Shown: positions 18,366 to 28,193, counted from the stretch's first letter. The stretch: DNA of 64,000 nucleotides from Candidatus Amesbacteria bacterium RIFCSPLOWO2_01_FULL_48_25 (GCA_001773695.1 MEXN01000007.1:115204-179203), one strand, 5' to 3'. The notes: generated by a model from the letters alone, not told the origin. Numbers and translations are program-made.

Positions 18366-18911
18366 ATGAGAATCTGTGGATTGGACGAGGTTGGCCGGGG
18401 TTCGTTGGCCGGACCGTTGGTGGCTGCGGCGATCATTCTCAGGGCAAGCATCTCAAATCTCAAGGATTCTAAAAAATTAAACTTGAAACAAAGAAACAAA
18501 CTTTACAAAAAGATATTAAAAAATGCTGAGGTGGTCGAGGTGGAAATAATTTCGGCGAGACAAATTAATAATCGGGGGATGGGATGGGCAAATAAGCAAG
18601 TTTTTAAAAATTTAATTAAACGAATTGAAGCCGACAAATATATTATTGACGGGAATTTAAAAATCAAAAAAACAATTAGTATAGTGAAAGCGGATACAAA
18701 AATTCCGGAGGTGATGGCGGCTTCGATTGTAGCTAAAGTAACCAGAGACATGTTAATGAAGGAACTGCATAAAAAATATCCGAGTTACGGCTGGCGAACA
18801 AATGTGGGATACGGAACGGGCTATCACGTGAGAGCAATAAGAGAATACGGATCAGTCCACTATCACCGGAGTGTGTTTGTAACAACGGCGATAAAAAACT
18901 CTAAATTCTAA
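18366..18911 (+). CDS. rnhB: Ribonuclease HII.
   Basis: MRICGLDEVGRGSLAGPLVAAAII (DEVGRG catalytic motif); 181 aa. Confidence 0.9.
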   Translation: MRICGLDEVGRGSLAGPLVAAAIILRASISNLKDSKKLNLKQRNKLYKKILKNAEVVEVEIISARQINNRGMGWANKQVFKNLIKRIEADKYIIDGNLKIKKTISIVKADTKIPEVMAASIVAKVTRDMLMKELHKKYPSYGWRTNVGYGTGYHVRAIREYGSVHYHRSVFVTTAIKNSKF

Positions 18912-18944
18912 TATCTAAATCCTAAACAATTTATCAAATTCGAA

Positions 18945-19329
18945 ATGGATCATATCGCCATCATGAATCCTAAGTTGAAATTAATAGACAAAACTTTGAG
19001 TGGGGAAAAGAAGGTTGAGTCGAGATGGCTAAAAAATAAATCCGCGCCGTGAGGGAAAATAAAAATCGGCGAGAGGATTTATTTTAAGGACTCAGGAAGG
19101 CCGGTGACTGCCGTGGCGAAAGTTGAAAGAGTGACGGAATTGACTGATATGGAGAAGGCGACCAGGCTGTTTGGGTCGAGGAAGTGGGCAAAAGGTAAAA
19201 ATTATTGTGTTCTAATCTAGCTGAAGAATCCGAAAAAAGTCGCGCCGTTTAAAATTAATAAGACAGGTTTCGGTTCGGGAGCGGCGTGGATGGTTGTAAA
19301 GGATATTGAGAAAATCAGGACAAAATGAG
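18945..19329 (+). pseudogene. ASCH-domain protein gene disrupted by two frameshifts.
   Basis: Three consecutive frames read MNPKLKLIDKTLSGEKKVESRW..., then ...GERIYFKDSGRPVTAVAKVERVTELT...NYCVLI, then ...NPKKVAPFKI...W. Together these resemble an ASCH fold. Breaks occur near A-runs. Confidence 0.35.
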
Positions 19330-19344
19330 TTATTATTCCAGTTG

Positions 19345-19947
19345 ATGTTGGATGAGAAGTGGGTGATATTGGGAGCGGTTTTGAATTTCTCTGGCACGGC
19401 AACCTATTTGATAGAAACTCTAAAAGGCAAGGTTAAACCGAATAAGATGACATGGTTACTATGGGCACTGGCACCGTTGGTCGCATTCAGCGCTGAGATA
19501 AGTCAGGGTGTAGGACTACAGTCTCTGTTGACTTTCATGGTTGGTTTTGGGCCGCTTCTAATATTTATCGCCTCATTTATCAACAAGGAGGCATACTGGA
19601 AAATCAGTCGTCTGGATTATTTTTGCGGAGGGTTTTCTGTGCTGGGATTGTTGCTATGGGCTACAACCAAAAACGGAAATTTGGCGATAGCTTTTAGCAT
19701 CTTGGCGGATGGGTTGGCTGGTGTGCCGACAATCATCAAATCTTGGCGGGCTCCAGAGACGGAGAATGCGACGGTTTTTCTTCTTGCGGGAATAAGTGCC
19801 TTGATTACTCTCCTTACCATAGATGTCTGGAACTTCGAGCATTATGCCTTTCCGGCCTATATTCTGCTAATTTGTGCTTTGTTATTCTCCTTGATTAGGT
19901 TTCGGCTGGGTAAAAAGCTGGACGAGGGGGTAATTGATAGAGGCTAA
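19345..19947 (+). CDS. Integral membrane protein (5-6 TM), unknown function.
   Basis: Hydrophobic 200-aa ORF; start chosen at MLDEKW to avoid the ASCH remnant. Confidence 0.35.
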   Translation: MLDEKWVILGAVLNFSGTATYLIETLKGKVKPNKMTWLLWALAPLVAFSAEISQGVGLQSLLTFMVGFGPLLIFIASFINKEAYWKISRLDYFCGGFSVLGLLLWATTKNGNLAIAFSILADGLAGVPTIIKSWRAPETENATVFLLAGISALITLLTIDVWNFEHYAFPAYILLICALLFSLIRFRLGKKLDEGVIDRG

Positions 19948-20827
19948 AAGTTAGGTCAGAAGTTGTATTTTGGATGAGTATTTTGCCTTGGGTCGGATAG
20001 ATGAGGGCGCGGGCGAGAGTGGAGTCTTGGCAGGCGGTGAGTAATGCCAACACCTCGTCTTGGGTCATGTGATCTTTGGCGAGACGAGAGGCCTTTTGAT
20101 AGCGACTTACCGATTCCGGCGGTTGATAAGTTTCGTTGGCTTGGCCTCGGGGAGTGAGAAAATGGTTAGTGTGAACGTAATGTCCTCCAGTCATTTGAGT
20201 GGTTTCTTGGTAGCTGGGGGAAACGGCAATGTTTAGCAGGTCGTCGCCTTGGACCAGGAAGTGGTTAAAACCAGAAGCGTGGGGAGTTTGTGATAGTAGT
20301 TGTCCGGCTTGGGCAAGAGAGCGACATTCTAAAAGTGCGCGGGCAATAAAATTACGGGGGACTCCTATCTGGGGACGGGAGTGAAGATTGTCGATACATT
20401 GAACTAGACCCCAATTGTTGATGCTGGCAGACGTGCCAATAAACTGATATTTGTAGTGCAACCCCAAAATAGTGGTGTCCCCGATTTTGGCTTTGAGAAG
20501 ATGCAGGTCATTGGCTGTTTCATTGTCGTCTCCCGAGTCTTCGTTGTGGGCAACGACCGGTTGGTTGTCCAGATGGGTAAATATGGTGGTGCAATGAATG
20601 GATTCAGAGCAGTTAAGAAGAAAAAAGTCCTCAAATGAAACTCCGGCTGCTTGGGCCATGTTTTGGGCCTCGATCAAGATTTCAGGAAAGGTTTTTTGGG
20701 CGGCTTGAATATAGGGATCAACGGGGAGGATTTTAAGTTTTTTGACCCGCTGGTTAATTTCTAGGCGAAACTTTTTACCTAAAAAACTACCCAGTTCGGC
20801 GTGGGAACCGGTAAATTCTAAGTACAA
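19895..20827 (-). CDS. Ntn-hydrolase-like protein, peptidase C45 / acyl-CoA:6-APA acyltransferase-like (tentative).
   Basis: ...FFLLNCSESIHCTTIF...VVAHNED... pattern (Cys nucleophile + HNED) ~310 aa. Assignment is by resemblance only. Confidence 0.35.
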   Translation of the reverse strand: MYLEFTGSHAELGSFLGKKFRLEINQRVKKLKILPVDPYIQAAQKTFPEILIEAQNMAQAAGVSFEDFFLLNCSESIHCTTIFTHLDNQPVVAHNEDSGDDNETANDLHLLKAKIGDTTILGLHYKYQFIGTSASINNWGLVQCIDNLHSRPQIGVPRNFIARALLECRSLAQAGQLLSQTPHASGFNHFLVQGDDLLNIAVSPSYQETTQMTGGHYVHTNHFLTPRGQANETYQPPESVSRYQKASRLAKDHMTQDEVLALLTACQDSTLARALIYPTQGKILIQNTTSDLTFSLYQLPPRPAFYPAET

Positions 20828-20847
20828 AAATGGGTGGTTTATTATAT

Positions 20848-21261
20848 TCAGGGTAGTTTATACAAGACTTGGGAGAGGAAGTCGCGGGGAGATAAAATGG
20901 GTATGCCCTTGAATTTTTTGAGGGGGAGAAGATGCTTTTTGTCACCGGTGACAATATAGTCGGCGTTGGCGGCTTGGGCGCAGGCTAATATTTTATTATC
21001 TGTAGGATCAGATTTGACTACGGAGACGGTTGGGGTGGTGGTAATATATTCTCCGACTGTCGATACCAATTTTTCGGCTTCCAAAAGATTATCCTTGTTC
21101 CATTTGAACTTATTGGCGAGAGTCTGAATAACCTCCTTGACTACTTCTTCAGATACACATACGGTAATCTTTCTTTCCTTGATCGCATCGAACATTTTAC
21201 TTATAGCGCCACCGAAATGAAGGTTGGAAACGTAGATGTTGGAGTCAAAAACTACCTTCAT
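20848..21261 (-). CDS. PIN-domain ribonuclease toxin (VapC-like).
   Basis: MKVVFDSNIY...(D) ...ITGDKKHL acidic residues typical of PIN; 4-nt ATGA overlap with the upstream RHH gene. Confidence 0.7.
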   Translation of the reverse strand: MKVVFDSNIYVSNLHFGGAISKMFDAIKERKITVCVSEEVVKEVIQTLANKFKWNKDNLLEAEKLVSTVGEYITTTPTVSVVKSDPTDNKILACAQAANADYIVTGDKKHLLPLKKFKGIPILSPRDFLSQVLYKLP

Positions 21262-21500
21262 GCATCTCCCATGAGCCTGTATACGTCTTCTTCGGAAGTG
21301 ATACCCAATTCCTTCGCCTTTTCGCGACCATACTCGCGGATCTTCTCCCATCTTTGCATCCAAACATATCTTTTCATAAGTTCGGCTAGAGTGGCGCTGC
21401 GTGTCTGGCCCGCGTCTTTAATAACTTCGTCGAACGAGGAGAGAAGTTGGGAGTCCAACGAAAATGAGACTACGGCTGTATTTCTGGTAATTTGGGGCAT
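21258..21500 (-). CDS. Ribbon-helix-helix (CopG/VapB-like) antitoxin.
   Basis: TAVVSFSLDSQLLSSFDEVIKDAGQTRSATLAELM is a typical RHH beta-strand plus two helices; immediately upstream of and overlapping the PIN gene. Confidence 0.6.
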   Translation of the reverse strand: MPQITRNTAVVSFSLDSQLLSSFDEVIKDAGQTRSATLAELMKRYVWMQRWEKIREYGREKAKELGITSEEDVYRLMGDA

Positions 21501-21531
21501 GGTGTTATTATTACACTGTAATACTGGGGTG

Positions 21532-22032
21532 TCAAATAGACTTATTTTTGTGTTTTCCATACTCTTTTGCAATCCAGAGGTTGTTTACCGCAAGTATCCC
21601 CTTGAAAATTCCGGCTAATATGCCAAAATGTGGAACTATAATCGAGGCTGCCATTTTGTTGGCCATAAACAAAGCGTTTTTACCTGAGGTCATTTCACGC
21701 ATTGATGGCCTGGCTGAATGGTAGCGGTTTGCCTCGCGGATTAGAATTACCTGGCCGGTGATTTTTTCGGCGGTGTTAACAGCTTCTATCGCTTTAGCGG
21801 TGCTATAAGTGTCCGCTATTTCCGATAGACAAAAAATCGCTGCGGATGTGAGATGCCATGGAAGAAGCTGCTGGCGATTGATGCCGAGTGCAAAAATTGT
21901 GATTTCGCTGATGACTAACGACAAGGGTATGAGAGGAACTTGATCTAGATATTCATACCACTTACTAACCCTGTGCATGGGCTTTGCGCCTGCTTTTGTG
22001 AACTCTTGGTCTATGTCGACATTGTCTGGCAT
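21532..22032 (-). CDS. Hypothetical protein with central hydrophobic helices (SLATT-like?), unknown.
   Basis: 166 aa, no motif; sits between rmuC and the TA pair on the same strand. Confidence 0.3.
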   Translation of the reverse strand: MPDNVDIDQEFTKAGAKPMHRVSKWYEYLDQVPLIPLSLVISEITIFALGINRQQLLPWHLTSAAIFCLSEIADTYSTAKAIEAVNTAEKITGQVILIREANRYHSARPSMREMTSGKNALFMANKMAASIIVPHFGILAGIFKGILAVNNLWIAKEYGKHKNKSI

Positions 22033-22036
22033 ATTT

Positions 22037-23002
22037 TTACTCTGGACTGGGTTCAGATAATTGGTGGGTGTGATTAAGCTTTTGGCCTAAAAGAGTTGTT
22101 GACGAGGTGACGTGGGACATCTGGTTGAAGGCGTTGGTGAGATGGCGATTTAGGACGCCCATGTTTTCAGAGACACGCTCATAATCTTTTTGGGCGGCGC
22201 GTAAGGTTTTTAAAATCTGGCGAGATTTGACCTCCAGCTCTTTGCCCTGGAGGGACTGCAAAAGCACTTGGAGGTGGGCGTAGAGGGTGTTGGGGGAGAC
22301 AGGATAGACCCGCTGGTCGCGCGAGGCTCTGATAAGTTCGCGATTGTTAACAACTTCATAATAGACACTTTCAGAGGGAATATACATCAAGGCAAAGTCC
22401 ATGGTGTCTTCTTCGGGAAGAATGTATTTCTTGGCAATATCCGTAATATGCTTTTTTACCGCAGACACCTCAAAATCGGGAAATTTAGAATCGATGCACA
22501 GGAGACCGGCGTCGGTTTTGAGAACAGCATCAACAATACTGCCGGTTTTAAAACGGTACTGGAGGTGGAAGGCGTTTTTGGGGAAAGTCGAGCCGATCAT
22601 CTGGCCTAAGATCTCTTCGCCCAGGCCGCCTCTTAATTTGGGACTGGATAGAAAGTCTTGGAGGGACTTAATGCCCCGACCGACTTCGGACATCTCGCCT
22701 AAAGATTTTTGGACGTCTGCCATGAGCCGAGTGGAGCTGTCCAGAGACGAGGAAACAGAGGTTAGCCATTGAGAAAGGAGGGGGTCCTGAGATTTTTGAG
22801 ACAGCCAGCCACGAATTAACCACAGAGTGATTATGAAGCCGGAAATTATTGATAAGATAATAAGCAGTTCAAATGGCACACAGATATTATATATCGAATA
22901 GAAAATGGCGGACACTTGGGGTCGGGGTGGTATTTTGGATAGTACTGATACTTCTGATTTGGAGGTTGCCCCCCGATAAGTGGTGGGTAGAAGTGGCGGC
23001 AA
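22037..23002 (-). CDS. rmuC: DNA recombination protein RmuC (N-terminal TM/coiled coil, C-terminal RmuC nuclease-like domain).
   Basis: RGGLGEEILGQMIG...IVDAVLKTDAGLLCIDSKFP matches the RmuC pattern RGxWGExxL...VDxVIxLPxGxxxxIDAKFP. Exact start uncertain. Confidence 0.6.
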   Translation of the reverse strand: MPPLLPTTYRGATSKSEVSVLSKIPPRPQVSAIFYSIYNICVPFELLIILSIISGFIITLWLIRGWLSQKSQDPLLSQWLTSVSSSLDSSTRLMADVQKSLGEMSEVGRGIKSLQDFLSSPKLRGGLGEEILGQMIGSTFPKNAFHLQYRFKTGSIVDAVLKTDAGLLCIDSKFPDFEVSAVKKHITDIAKKYILPEEDTMDFALMYIPSESVYYEVVNNRELIRASRDQRVYPVSPNTLYAHLQVLLQSLQGKELEVKSRQILKTLRAAQKDYERVSENMGVLNRHLTNAFNQMSHVTSSTTLLGQKLNHTHQLSEPSPE

Positions 23003-23198
23003 ATATGTTTTTGGCTTTGGGATTATTATTTACGACCACGTGGGTATGGGGAAGCGGGAAGTGGGGGTTGATCACGACAACGGGAATAATTGGCCTACTG
23101 TGGATGAGGAGGTGGGGATTGTGGGACGAGGTGACCGTGGGCGGATGGTTAATATTTCTGGGGTTGCTTACTTTAGTTAATTAAAGTAGCATGGGCGG

Positions 23199-23558
23199 GT
23201 GCAAGTTTCCAAACGAAATGTCAGTCCGATTTTAAAAAAACAGATTGAAAAAATGTGGTATCAGTTGGTGGTAGATATCAAAACTCCCCAGGATGCCGAG
23301 GTGATACTGGGAGGGTTATTATCCGAGACTGAACTGGAAGCAGTTACTAAAAGACTGGCGGTGGGTTATTGGTTAAGCAACGGCAGAAGTTATGAAAACA
23401 TAAGAGAGAATCTAAAGGTATCAAGTGCTACGATTGCGGCCATTGCCCAGGAGCTGAAAAAGCCGGAGTGGACGTCTGCACTACAGCGAGTGAAGGCCGA
23501 AGAGTGGGCAACGAAGTGGGAGACGAGGATAAACAAATTATTTAATCCTCGTAGTTAA
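23199..23558 (+). CDS. TrpR-like YerC/YecD family DNA-binding protein.
   Basis: LLSETELEAVTKRLAVGYWLSNGRSYENIRENLKVSSATIAAIAQEL pattern; 119 aa. Confidence 0.45.
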   Translation: MQVSKRNVSPILKKQIEKMWYQLVVDIKTPQDAEVILGGLLSETELEAVTKRLAVGYWLSNGRSYENIRENLKVSSATIAAIAQELKKPEWTSALQRVKAEEWATKWETRINKLFNPRS

Positions 23559-23600
23559 ACAGTTGATCAGTTAATCAGTTTGCCAGTTAAGTTATTAAGT

Positions 23601-24806
23601 TTAGAGAGTAAATTGGCCATTTCTATAAATGATTTTTTGGGTGCCGTCCTCGAGGTGAGCGGTGGCGATACGATTGGTGGTAGAGATAATGTCGGTATGA
23701 ACAGCGGAGTCGTTGAAACCTAATTTAGTCCATTGAGTTTTGGCAACTTTAGCGGGATCGCCAGCATAAGAGTCGTGGTAGGCGGAACCCAGGGCAATGT
23801 GGGTATTACCAAAAGGCCCGGAAATATTCTCGTCGAAAAGAGTCTCTGCCATGAATTTGTCGATGCGAGAGAGACGTTTGTCAGTTAAAGAAAATTCACC
23901 TATTTTGTCGGCATTTTCTGTCGCTATCATTTCCTTGAGAACCGGGTAATTTTTGGAAGCTGTGCTTTTGACTACTTGGCCGTCTTGAAAATCTAACTTT
24001 ATGCCCTCGATTAAATTACCATAGCGATATAAGGGTTGATTGAATTCGATATGTCCTTCGGTACCGCGCCAGTCGGGAGAAATAAACACTTCGAAACTGG
24101 GAATGTTTCTCCCGCCACCGTCCAACCACTTGCGGTGGGGACCGATTTTGATCCAGAGATCGACGCCGTCGCCTTTGACGTGCAGCTTGTCAATTTTCAG
24201 AGCATTAAGCTTGGTTTGGAGACGATGGTTTTCTCGGGCTACTTGGCGCCACTTGGCAATGGGATCGGCGGCATCCAAATAGCAAGCTTTGATGATTTGG
24301 TCCCAATAGTCGGAGGGGGTCATTTTGGCCTCGGCGGCCATCGCAGGAGTGCCATATAGAGCCAGCGTCCAAGTAAATTTACCGGCGTTTTCTTTGGCAT
24401 CGCGCCAGTCTTTGGCAGGTTTGAGGGCCCTACTTTTGGTCATAATTTTTTGGGGGTCGATGCCCTCGAGCTCATGCTTATCGGTCTCGGAAATAATAGC
24501 GATGGAGTGGTCGATTTGGTCAATGAGGCCGCGCATGAATTTAGCCGGGAAGAATTTGAGTTGGTCGGAGTTGGCTAGTTCGTAATACTGCCTGGCCACG
24601 TCGTCCGGTTGATAGTCGGTTAGGGGGATAGCACCGGAGCGAAGAACTTGGTTCCTAAGAGCAATGTAAAGTGGTTTGGCGCATTCGTTGACAATGAGAC
24701 GGACGACTTCGCCTTTTTTAACCCCATTGCCTGAATTGAGGGCAAAATTGACCAACACTTGGGCGTATTTTTGGAGAATCTCGGGCGACGGCTTGTAATC
24801 ATTCAT
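23601..24806 (-). CDS. Aminopeptidase, peptidase family M29 (AmpS/PepS-like).
   Basis: 401 aa with a C-terminal ...ISGPFGNTHIALGSAYHD... metal-binding motif region typical of M29. Confidence 0.7.
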   Translation of the reverse strand: MNDYKPSPEILQKYAQVLVNFALNSGNGVKKGEVVRLIVNECAKPLYIALRNQVLRSGAIPLTDYQPDDVARQYYELANSDQLKFFPAKFMRGLIDQIDHSIAIISETDKHELEGIDPQKIMTKSRALKPAKDWRDAKENAGKFTWTLALYGTPAMAAEAKMTPSDYWDQIIKACYLDAADPIAKWRQVARENHRLQTKLNALKIDKLHVKGDGVDLWIKIGPHRKWLDGGGRNIPSFEVFISPDWRGTEGHIEFNQPLYRYGNLIEGIKLDFQDGQVVKSTASKNYPVLKEMIATENADKIGEFSLTDKRLSRIDKFMAETLFDENISGPFGNTHIALGSAYHDSYAGDPAKVAKTQWTKLGFNDSAVHTDIISTTNRIATAHLEDGTQKIIYRNGQFTL

Positions 24807-24832
24807 ACCCCGAAGTATACTATAGATAGCAC

Positions 24833-25063
24833 ATGACGCTGGCTGAAGTTGTGTTGGGCAGGGCAGGAATGCCGGAGGATAACGTACGGCGTTTGGCTGT
24901 GGGAGTGGGGATGGTAGTTCTTGGATTGGGGTATGGGGTACTATCTGGTAACGATTTCGTTGGTGGGACGGTTATGTTGACCGGCATGGTGTCTGGTGGA
25001 ATTCAAGCTTTGATAACTGCTTTTAACCCGCCTGGTCCGGGATCTAGTTATTTTCGTCGATAG
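24833..25063 (+). CDS. Small Gly-rich hydrophobic membrane peptide (76 aa), hypothetical.
   Basis: ORF followed ~90 nt later by an intrinsic terminator on the same strand. Confidence 0.25.
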   Translation: MTLAEVVLGRAGMPEDNVRRLAVGVGMVVLGLGYGVLSGNDFVGGTVMLTGMVSGGIQALITAFNPPGPGSSYFRR

Positions 25064-25150
25064 TTGATATAATAGCTGCACAATGAAACTGGGTGTTTAC
25101 ATGATGGCGATGGATTCCGCATAGGCGGGTGGTTCGACGTTGTTCACCAT

Positions 25151-25177
25151 TCCGCCGAAAGGCGGATTTTTTATTTC
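25151..25177 (+). terminator. Rho-independent terminator: TCCGCC-gaaa-GGCGGA followed by TTTTTTATTT.
   Basis: Perfect 6-bp GC stem, GAAA tetraloop and a T-tract read directly. Confidence 0.55.
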
Positions 25178-25180
25178 TAA

Positions 25181-25216
25181 CTCACCCCTAATCCCTCTCT
25201 TAATCTAAGAGAGGGA
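25181..25216. repeat. Partial copy (R2) of the GC-rich inverted-repeat element: CTCACCCC-taa-TCCCTCTCTTA-atc-TAAGAGAGGGA. It gives AGAGAGGGA as the Shine-Dalgarno sequence 14 nt before the ATG at 25230.
   Basis: Inner arms complementary; the outer right arm is missing. Confidence 0.5.
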
Positions 25217-25229
25217 CATTACTAAACCT

Positions 25230-25910
25230 ATGAAAAAACCACTCATTACAATCACCACTGACTTTGGGGATGGGTTTGCCACAAGTCAGCTAAAAGTGAT
25301 TGTGGCAGGCTTGGGTTACACTGGTCATCTGGTGGAAAACCACGATGTCAAGCCATATTCGATCGTCGAGGGGGCGTATGGGATATGGCAGCTGGCCAAA
25401 TATTGCCCAAAGGGATCGGTGCATGTGGGAGTAGTAGATCCGGGAGTAGGGTCAGATAGAGCCGGAATAGTAATTAAAACCAAGAATTTCTGGTTTGTGG
25501 GGCCGGATAATGGGCTGTTGTATCCCGCGGCAGTTGCGGATGGAATTGAAAGAATTTGGAAAATTATAGATTTTGAAAATGTTTCAAATACTTTCCATGG
25601 ACGAGATGTGTTTATAAAACAGGCAGTGTGGCTGGCGCAGGGGAAAGAACCAAGAGGGGAAGAGATTGAAGAGATTAAGAGATTAAGTTTCGAAGAAGGG
25701 CAGGTGGTGCATATAGACCATTATGGGAATGCCAAGATTTGGGGGAAAAAGACTTTTGGGCTGCCGGTAGTCAAAACTTTTTCGGATGTGCCCGAGGGGA
25801 GTCCGTTAATTTTTAATGGCAGTAGTGACCTACTGGAGCTGGCAGTGAATCTGGGCAGCGCAGAGGAGCGATTTGGATTAAAATTGGGACAAGTTATAGA
25901 AAAACTGTGA
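25230..25910 (+). CDS. SAM hydroxide adenosyltransferase (DUF62; SAM hydrolase, fluorinase/chlorinase-like fold).
   Basis: N-terminal ITITTDFGDGFA and VGVVDPGVGSDR motifs. Carries an in-frame AGAGATTAAG repeat (EEIEEIKRLS) in the inter-domain linker. Confidence 0.7.
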   Translation: MKKPLITITTDFGDGFATSQLKVIVAGLGYTGHLVENHDVKPYSIVEGAYGIWQLAKYCPKGSVHVGVVDPGVGSDRAGIVIKTKNFWFVGPDNGLLYPAAVADGIERIWKIIDFENVSNTFHGRDVFIKQAVWLAQGKEPRGEEIEEIKRLSFEEGQVVHIDHYGNAKIWGKKTFGLPVVKTFSDVPEGSPLIFNGSSDLLELAVNLGSAEERFGLKLGQVIEKL

Positions 25911-27340
25911 GCAATAAATTTTATATAACCGCCGCGATCCCGTATGTTAACGCCAAGCCGCATATTGGCCATGCCTTAGAATTTACGCAGGCAGATGTGA
26001 TTGCCAGATATCATAAGTTGTTAGGAGAGGATGTGTTGTTGCTATCCGGCGGAGATGAGAACGCTTTGAAAAATGTCCAAGCGGCGGAGAAGGCTGGAGT
26101 ACCGATACAAGAATTTGTGGATAAGAATACGCAGCTTTTCTTTGATCTAACGAAAAAATTGAATGCAGACTTTGATGTTTGGCAAAAAGGAAGCGATAAA
26201 GAACACCACTATGTTTCCAGCCAGGAATTGTGGAAGAGGTGCGAGAAGGACATTTATAAAAAGGCTTATCATGGGCTTTACTGCGTGGGGTGTGAGACTT
26301 TTTACGAAACGGAGGAGCTAGATGAGAAAGGAGAGTGTCTTGAACATCCGGGAAAAAAGTTGGACGAAGTGGAAGAGGAAAATTATTTCTTTAGATTATC
26401 TAAATACCAGGATAAGATTCTGAATTTAATTGAATCTAGAGAGCTAGAAATTGTCCCGAGTGAGAGAAAGAATGAGGTATTGAGTTTTATAAAGGGAGGA
26501 CTAAAGGATATCAGCATTTCGCGAAGTAATGAAAGGGCGAGGAATTGGGGAGTGCCCGTGCCAGGAGATGACAAACAGAGGATATTCGTTTGGTACGATG
26601 CGTTAAACATTTATCAGTCGGGCGTTGGATTTGGGTGGGATGAAGAAAAATATTACAAATGGTGGCCGGCGGATGTGCATGTCATCGGCAAAGGAATAAT
26701 CCGGTTCCATGCGGTGTATTGGCCGGCGTTTTTACTGTCTGCGGGATTGAAATTGCCAAAGAAAATATTTGTGCATGGATATTACACAGTGAACGGACAG
26801 AAGATGTCTAAGACCCTAGGAAATGTGTATGATCCGATTCCCCTGCTGGAAAAATACGGCGCTGATCCGCTGCGTTACTATTGCCTGGCCAAAACTCCCC
26901 CCTTTACCGATGGAGATTTTAGTGAAGAGAAATTTGTCGAGACATACAATGCGGATTTAGCGAATGGGTTGGGAAATCTCGTCGCTAGGGTGGCGAAACT
27001 GTGCGAAAAAGCAAATGTCCAGGGTACAAAGTTTAATGTGGGGTACGGAGATGAGAGTTTGAGTGAAATTAGAAAATATTTAGATGAGTTTAGGTTTGAT
27101 GAAGGCTTTAGATTGGTTTGGGGGTGGATCTCGGAATTGGATAAACAAATAGAAGAGTCTCGGCCGTGGGAACTTGAGGGTGAAAAATTGATAGAAGTGT
27201 TGCAATCGCTGGTTATTGGGATCAAAAAAATCTCGGCTGCTTTGCAACCTTTCTTACCCGAGACAGCTGAAAAAATATTAGACCAGTTCTCGCAGACGCA
27301 GATCATAAGCCAGTCGCCGTTATTTCCGAGGATTAAATAA
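25907..27340 (+). CDS. metG: Methionyl-tRNA synthetase (core form with Zn knuckles, no C-terminal tRNA-binding domain).
   Basis: HIGH motif PYVNAKPHIGHALE, KMSKS motif KMSKTLGNV, and CVGCE...C..HPG knuckles. Confidence 0.9.
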   Translation: MSNKFYITAAIPYVNAKPHIGHALEFTQADVIARYHKLLGEDVLLLSGGDENALKNVQAAEKAGVPIQEFVDKNTQLFFDLTKKLNADFDVWQKGSDKEHHYVSSQELWKRCEKDIYKKAYHGLYCVGCETFYETEELDEKGECLEHPGKKLDEVEEENYFFRLSKYQDKILNLIESRELEIVPSERKNEVLSFIKGGLKDISISRSNERARNWGVPVPGDDKQRIFVWYDALNIYQSGVGFGWDEEKYYKWWPADVHVIGKGIIRFHAVYWPAFLLSAGLKLPKKIFVHGYYTVNGQKMSKTLGNVYDPIPLLEKYGADPLRYYCLAKTPPFTDGDFSEEKFVETYNADLANGLGNLVARVAKLCEKANVQGTKFNVGYGDESLSEIRKYLDEFRFDEGFRLVWGWISELDKQIEESRPWELEGEKLIEVLQSLVIGIKKISAALQPFLPETAEKILDQFSQTQIISQSPLFPRIK

Positions 27341-27500
27341 CTCCCATACTACAGAGTATGGTAGTTAGCGCTTGCAATAAAGTTGGCAGTTTTCGTTGTA
27401 ACCCTCTTCGTGTAATTCATATCCGGCCTCATCACCGGCAAAAATGCCCCAGGCAACTGACCATGTGCAGCTGGCCCATTTATCAGTGATACTTGACATG

Positions 27501-28193
27501 TTAATAGCTTTCGACAAAACGGGTGCTGTCTAGGTAAATAAGTTTTGGGCTGTTTATGACCTCTATCATTTCATCGAAGGTGGCGAAGACATTTTCCAAA
27601 GCCCGGTATTGTTTCTCGGTCATCCAGATGTTTTCACCTTCTGGAATTTTTTCTTTCAGTTTTCCCTTTGTGTTTTCTATTTTATAGACCCAAAAATATT
27701 TGTCTTCGAGCAACTGGCCATTTTTGTGAAAGTGGTGGTAGTGGACGATGCCCTTGTGAATGAAATCCCCCGTTAGACCCGTTTCTTCGAGAAATTCTCG
27801 ATGGGCACAATCCAGGGGGGTTTCTCCCCAGCGGATTTTGCCGGAATGGGAGCCGTACCAACCATAAAACGGTTCTTTCAGCCGGCGGTGGACAAGATAT
27901 TCGGTAATCCCGTTTTTGGGCCTGACGGCGTGGAGAGCGACAGCCAACTTGGCCTGGCGTTCGAGCTTCAGCGAGTCGGTGTCCATACGGTTGGCAAATT
28001 CTTTGCCCTGGGGGGTGAGGGAATACTTGCCCGCGGATTTGGTAATCAGGCCTTCCTGAATGAGCCGGTTGACGTGGAAAGTGAAGTGGTCGTTGGTGAC
28101 GTCAACGGTTTTGAGATCCCTAAATCTGGCATTGGGCTTGAATAATAATTCACGCAGGATCGAGATCTGAAAGTCGTGAATTTTGAGTTCCAT
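27501..28193 (-). CDS. Winged-helix (MarR-like) DNA-binding domain fused to a NUDIX hydrolase domain.
   Basis: N-terminal ISILRELLFKPNARFRDL wHTH region; Nudix box GKIRWGETPLDCAHREFLEETGL. Confidence 0.65.
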   Translation of the reverse strand: MELKIHDFQISILRELLFKPNARFRDLKTVDVTNDHFTFHVNRLIQEGLITKSAGKYSLTPQGKEFANRMDTDSLKLERQAKLAVALHAVRPKNGITEYLVHRRLKEPFYGWYGSHSGKIRWGETPLDCAHREFLEETGLTGDFIHKGIVHYHHFHKNGQLLEDKYFWVYKIENTKGKLKEKIPEGENIWMTEKQYRALENVFATFDEMIEVINSPKLIYLDSTRFVESY

